A stretch of 16,015 nucleotides of DNA from Nitrososphaerota archaeon. Its GTDB lineage: Archaea > Thermoproteota > Nitrososphaeria > Nitrososphaerales > UBA57. This document shows, piece by piece, positions 14,686 to 16,015 of this stretch. Below the pieces are notes generated by a model, which saw only the letters and a list, made by a program, of their open reading frames with translations, made no database searches and had not been told where the DNA came from. The stretch spans positions 38,599 to 54,613 of the forward strand of contig PAVW01000005.1 in NCBI GenBank assembly GCA_002713205.1, in the 5' to 3' direction. A program made the position numbers and the translations under genes. How positions within the stretch are numbered: the stretch's first letter is position 1; every line of letters starts with the position of its first letter.

Positions 14686-15081
14686 TTGGCAGTAATGGAA
14701 AAATATAGAGGCCCTGAAAAACAATATCCAAAAGTTGAAAAAAAATATCTTATTAGATTACTTATTGGTTTAATCATTATTACTGGTGGCGTTCTATCTG
14801 TCAATGTCAACGTAGCTCTAAGCCGTTCTACGGTTATGGTTCCAGGAGCTGATCCTGGTGCTGGTCCGGAAGAAATATCTTCTGGTATTGAAATTAGTAC
14901 AGTATTACCTACATTATTTTTTATTACAGGTAGTTTTGTAAATGTTTGGGCCATATATAGATACAGAGATGATTATGCTGAAATAAAAGAAACAGAACCT
15001 AGACCTGAAATGTTATTTGTTCTTGCAGGTTTAGTTGCAACAATAATTGCCTTTGCTATTGGATTTTATATTGCATTTTAA
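14686..15081 (+). CDS. Hypothetical small membrane protein (3 predicted TM helices)
   Basis: 131 aa from TTG 14686. ATG 14695 (MEKYRGPEK) is a likelier start, with TTAATATATT about 22 nt upstream. TM-like segments: YLIRLLIGLIIITGGVLSV, VLPTLFFITGSFVNVWAIY and MLFVLAGLVATIIAFAIGFYIAF. Preferred over the 101-aa antisense ORF at 14649-14954. Confidence 0.5.
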   Translation: MAVMEKYRGPEKQYPKVEKKYLIRLLIGLIIITGGVLSVNVNVALSRSTVMVPGADPGAGPEEISSGIEISTVLPTLFFITGSFVNVWAIYRYRDDYAEIKETEPRPEMLFVLAGLVATIIAFAIGFYIAF

Positions 15082-15134
15082 TAATAAAACTAGAATTTAT
15101 TTTACAGTTTCTCGTTAAATATTATATTTCTATA

Positions 15135-15161
15135 AAAACAGTTTGAGCATTCTGCTGTTTT
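15135..15161. terminator. Weak hairpin between convergent genes, flanked by T runs on both strands
   Basis: AAAACAG (15135-15141) pairs with CTGTTTT (15155-15161) around a 13-nt loop. It lies in the 85-nt gap between the membrane-protein stop (15081) and the tpiA stop (15167). The stem is AU-rich and short, and archaeal termination mostly needs only oligo-T, so this is tentative. Confidence 0.2.
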
Positions 15162-15166
15162 ATAAT

Positions 15167-15847
15167 TTATTTAATCAATGCTAATGCCATTTCTGTTAAA
15201 ACTTTTTTTGGATTATCCGCGGTAACAAATGCCCTACTTGAACCAATACCTTGCATACCTAGTTCAACAGCTTTAACAACATCCTCTTTTGTTGATATTC
15301 CAGATCCAGAAATTACAAACACATTTTCATCTATTTCTCGAATTACTTTTATCGCGTTTAGAACTACTTCAGGGTTAACAGTAGAAATTGCTTTTCCTGT
15401 CCCAATTAATTCAGGTATTTCAACAATCATCATATCGGGATGTTTTGTTGCTATGGACTTTGTTTCTTCAGCATTACTTGCACAAATACATGATATTAAT
15501 TCAGTTTCTTTACATCTCTCGATTGTTAATTCTATATCATTGGAAGAAAGTGGTTTCTCAGAATGATTAATTAATGCTCCTACACATCCTATTTGTTTAA
15601 TTGACTCTGGAATTATATATCCAGTATTTCGACCTGGCCTGACATAGTCTATATGTTGTGCAAAGACTGGTATATCGTACTCTGTAATTATTGGATGAAT
15701 ATCGGTAAATTGAGGCGAAACAAATATAGTTATTTCTAATTCCTTTGATACACCATCAATGATTTTAGCTAATTTCAGGGCATTTTTTGCTGTAGCTTCA
15801 GGATAGGTCTTAAAATTAATGAAGATTGCAGGTTCTTTTAGAATCAA
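15167..15847 (-). CDS. tpiA: Triosephosphate isomerase (archaeal short type)
   Basis: 226 aa, the archaeal TIM length. Motifs seen: INFKTYPEATAKNALKLAKI, the catalytic LINHSEKPL, MIVEIPELIGTG and SGSGISTKEDV. Confidence 0.9.
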   Translation of the reverse strand: MILKEPAIFINFKTYPEATAKNALKLAKIIDGVSKELEITIFVSPQFTDIHPIITEYDIPVFAQHIDYVRPGRNTGYIIPESIKQIGCVGALINHSEKPLSSNDIELTIERCKETELISCICASNAEETKSIATKHPDMMIVEIPELIGTGKAISTVNPEVVLNAIKVIREIDENVFVISGSGISTKEDVVKAVELGMQGIGSSRAFVTADNPKKVLTEMALALIK

Positions 15848-15856
15848 TTAATTCTA

Positions 15857-16015
15857 TTAACGTTTCTTCTTTAGCAAAGCTACTTGTTGTTTTAACCATA
15901 ACTCAAATGTATCATCCAACCCAGAAGATAATCCTTTATTTCTAGTAGCTTTTTTCTTTGGAGCTGCCTTTCTTTTTACAGCTTTGCGTTTTGGAGCTGC
16001 CTTCTTTGCAGCTTT
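15857..16015 (-). CDS. C-terminal end of a Lys/Ala-rich basic repeat protein (N-terminus outside window)
   Basis: The reverse frame is open from the window edge to TAA at 15859-15857: KAAKKAAPKRKAVKRKAAPKKKATRNKGLSSGLDDTFELWLKQQVALLKKKR*. It stops 9 nt before the tpiA start on the same strand. Function is not recognisable from this fragment. Confidence 0.45.
   Translation of the reverse strand, partial: KAAKKAAPKRKAVKRKAAPKKKATRNKGLSSGLDDTFELWLKQQVALLKKKR

Noticed and set aside
14649-14954. 101-aa minus-strand ORF antisense to the small membrane protein, sharing its GC-rich core (GGTTCCAGGAGCTGATCCTGGTGCTGGTCCGGAAG), which is open in both directions.
   Set aside because: The plus-strand product has three clean TM helices, a plausible ATG with a TATA-like element upstream, and the same orientation as the adjacent Lrp gene. 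The minus-strand product has no such features. The long antisense frame is probably a by-product of the locally GC-rich Pro/Gly/Ala-coding stretch. I cannot exclude it without expression data.
1494-15570. Thirteen ORFs of 60-140 aa that overlap (antisense or alternate frame) the confident genes: 1494-1847, 2712-2933, 4350-4772, 4967-5302, 5193-5402, 5465-5659, 7506-7724, 7737-8045, 9367-9576, 10859-11143, 11482-11832, 12150-12344 and 15388-15570.
   Set aside because: Each overlaps, mostly entirely (4350-4772 and 7737-8045 each span two adjacent genes), genes with strong family motifs. Their translations are low-complexity (Ile/Leu/Phe/Ser-rich) mirror images of AT-rich codons with no recognisable motif. 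They are treated as shadow ORFs.
1-16015. Search for CRISPR repeats, IS or transposon ends, integrase or att sites at the tRNA, toxin-antitoxin pairs, restriction or other defence-like gene clusters, and large direct or inverted repeats.
   Set aside because: No spaced direct repeats, no transposase- or integrase-like translation in any frame, and no repeat of the tRNA 3' half nearby. Every substantial ORF is explained by a housekeeping family or a small membrane protein. I found no evidence for a mobile element or a novel multi-gene system in this window.

Overview
AT-rich archaeal chromosomal segment. Every confident call is archaeal-type informational or core-metabolic. The gene set, the separate Kae1 and Bud32 genes and the very low GC suggest a Nitrosopumilales-like thaumarchaeon, but that is inference and cannot be proven here. 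Genes in order: msrB (partial), an intron-containing tRNA-Arg(UCG), tRNA-splicing endonuclease, a UbiA-family (DGGGP-synthase-like) prenyltransferase and the RFC large subunit. Next comes a tightly packed, partly overlapping seven-gene minus-strand array (Kae1, Bud32, Ham1/ITPase, uS15, RecJ/Cdc45-like, Pcc1-like, SerRS). After it lie a DUF54-like plus short Pop5-like pair, three small membrane ORFs, PEP synthase, a membrane-anchored SMP-30/gluconolactonase-like beta-propeller, an Lrp/AsnC regulator, a small membrane protein, archaeal TIM, and the C-terminal end of a Lys/Ala-rich repeat protein. I see no CRISPR array, transposase, integrase, terminal repeats or defence-type gene cluster, so this reads as an ordinary housekeeping region, not an accessory island. 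Four observations deserve a second look. (1) The whole 105-nt gap after the Pop5-like gene carries ordered C/D'/C'/D-like boxes and can fold as a K-turn closing an 11-bp helix, making it a candidate unclassified small RNA. (2) A membrane-protein gene appears split by a frameshift exactly at an A9/T9 homopolymer. (3) The splicing endonuclease gene lies about 100 nt from an intron-bearing tRNA with a relaxed bulge-helix-loop motif, and by hand alignment it lacks the catalytic His. (4) The RecJ-like protein has degenerate DHH motifs. All functional calls come from reading the translations against remembered family motifs. No database search was run.
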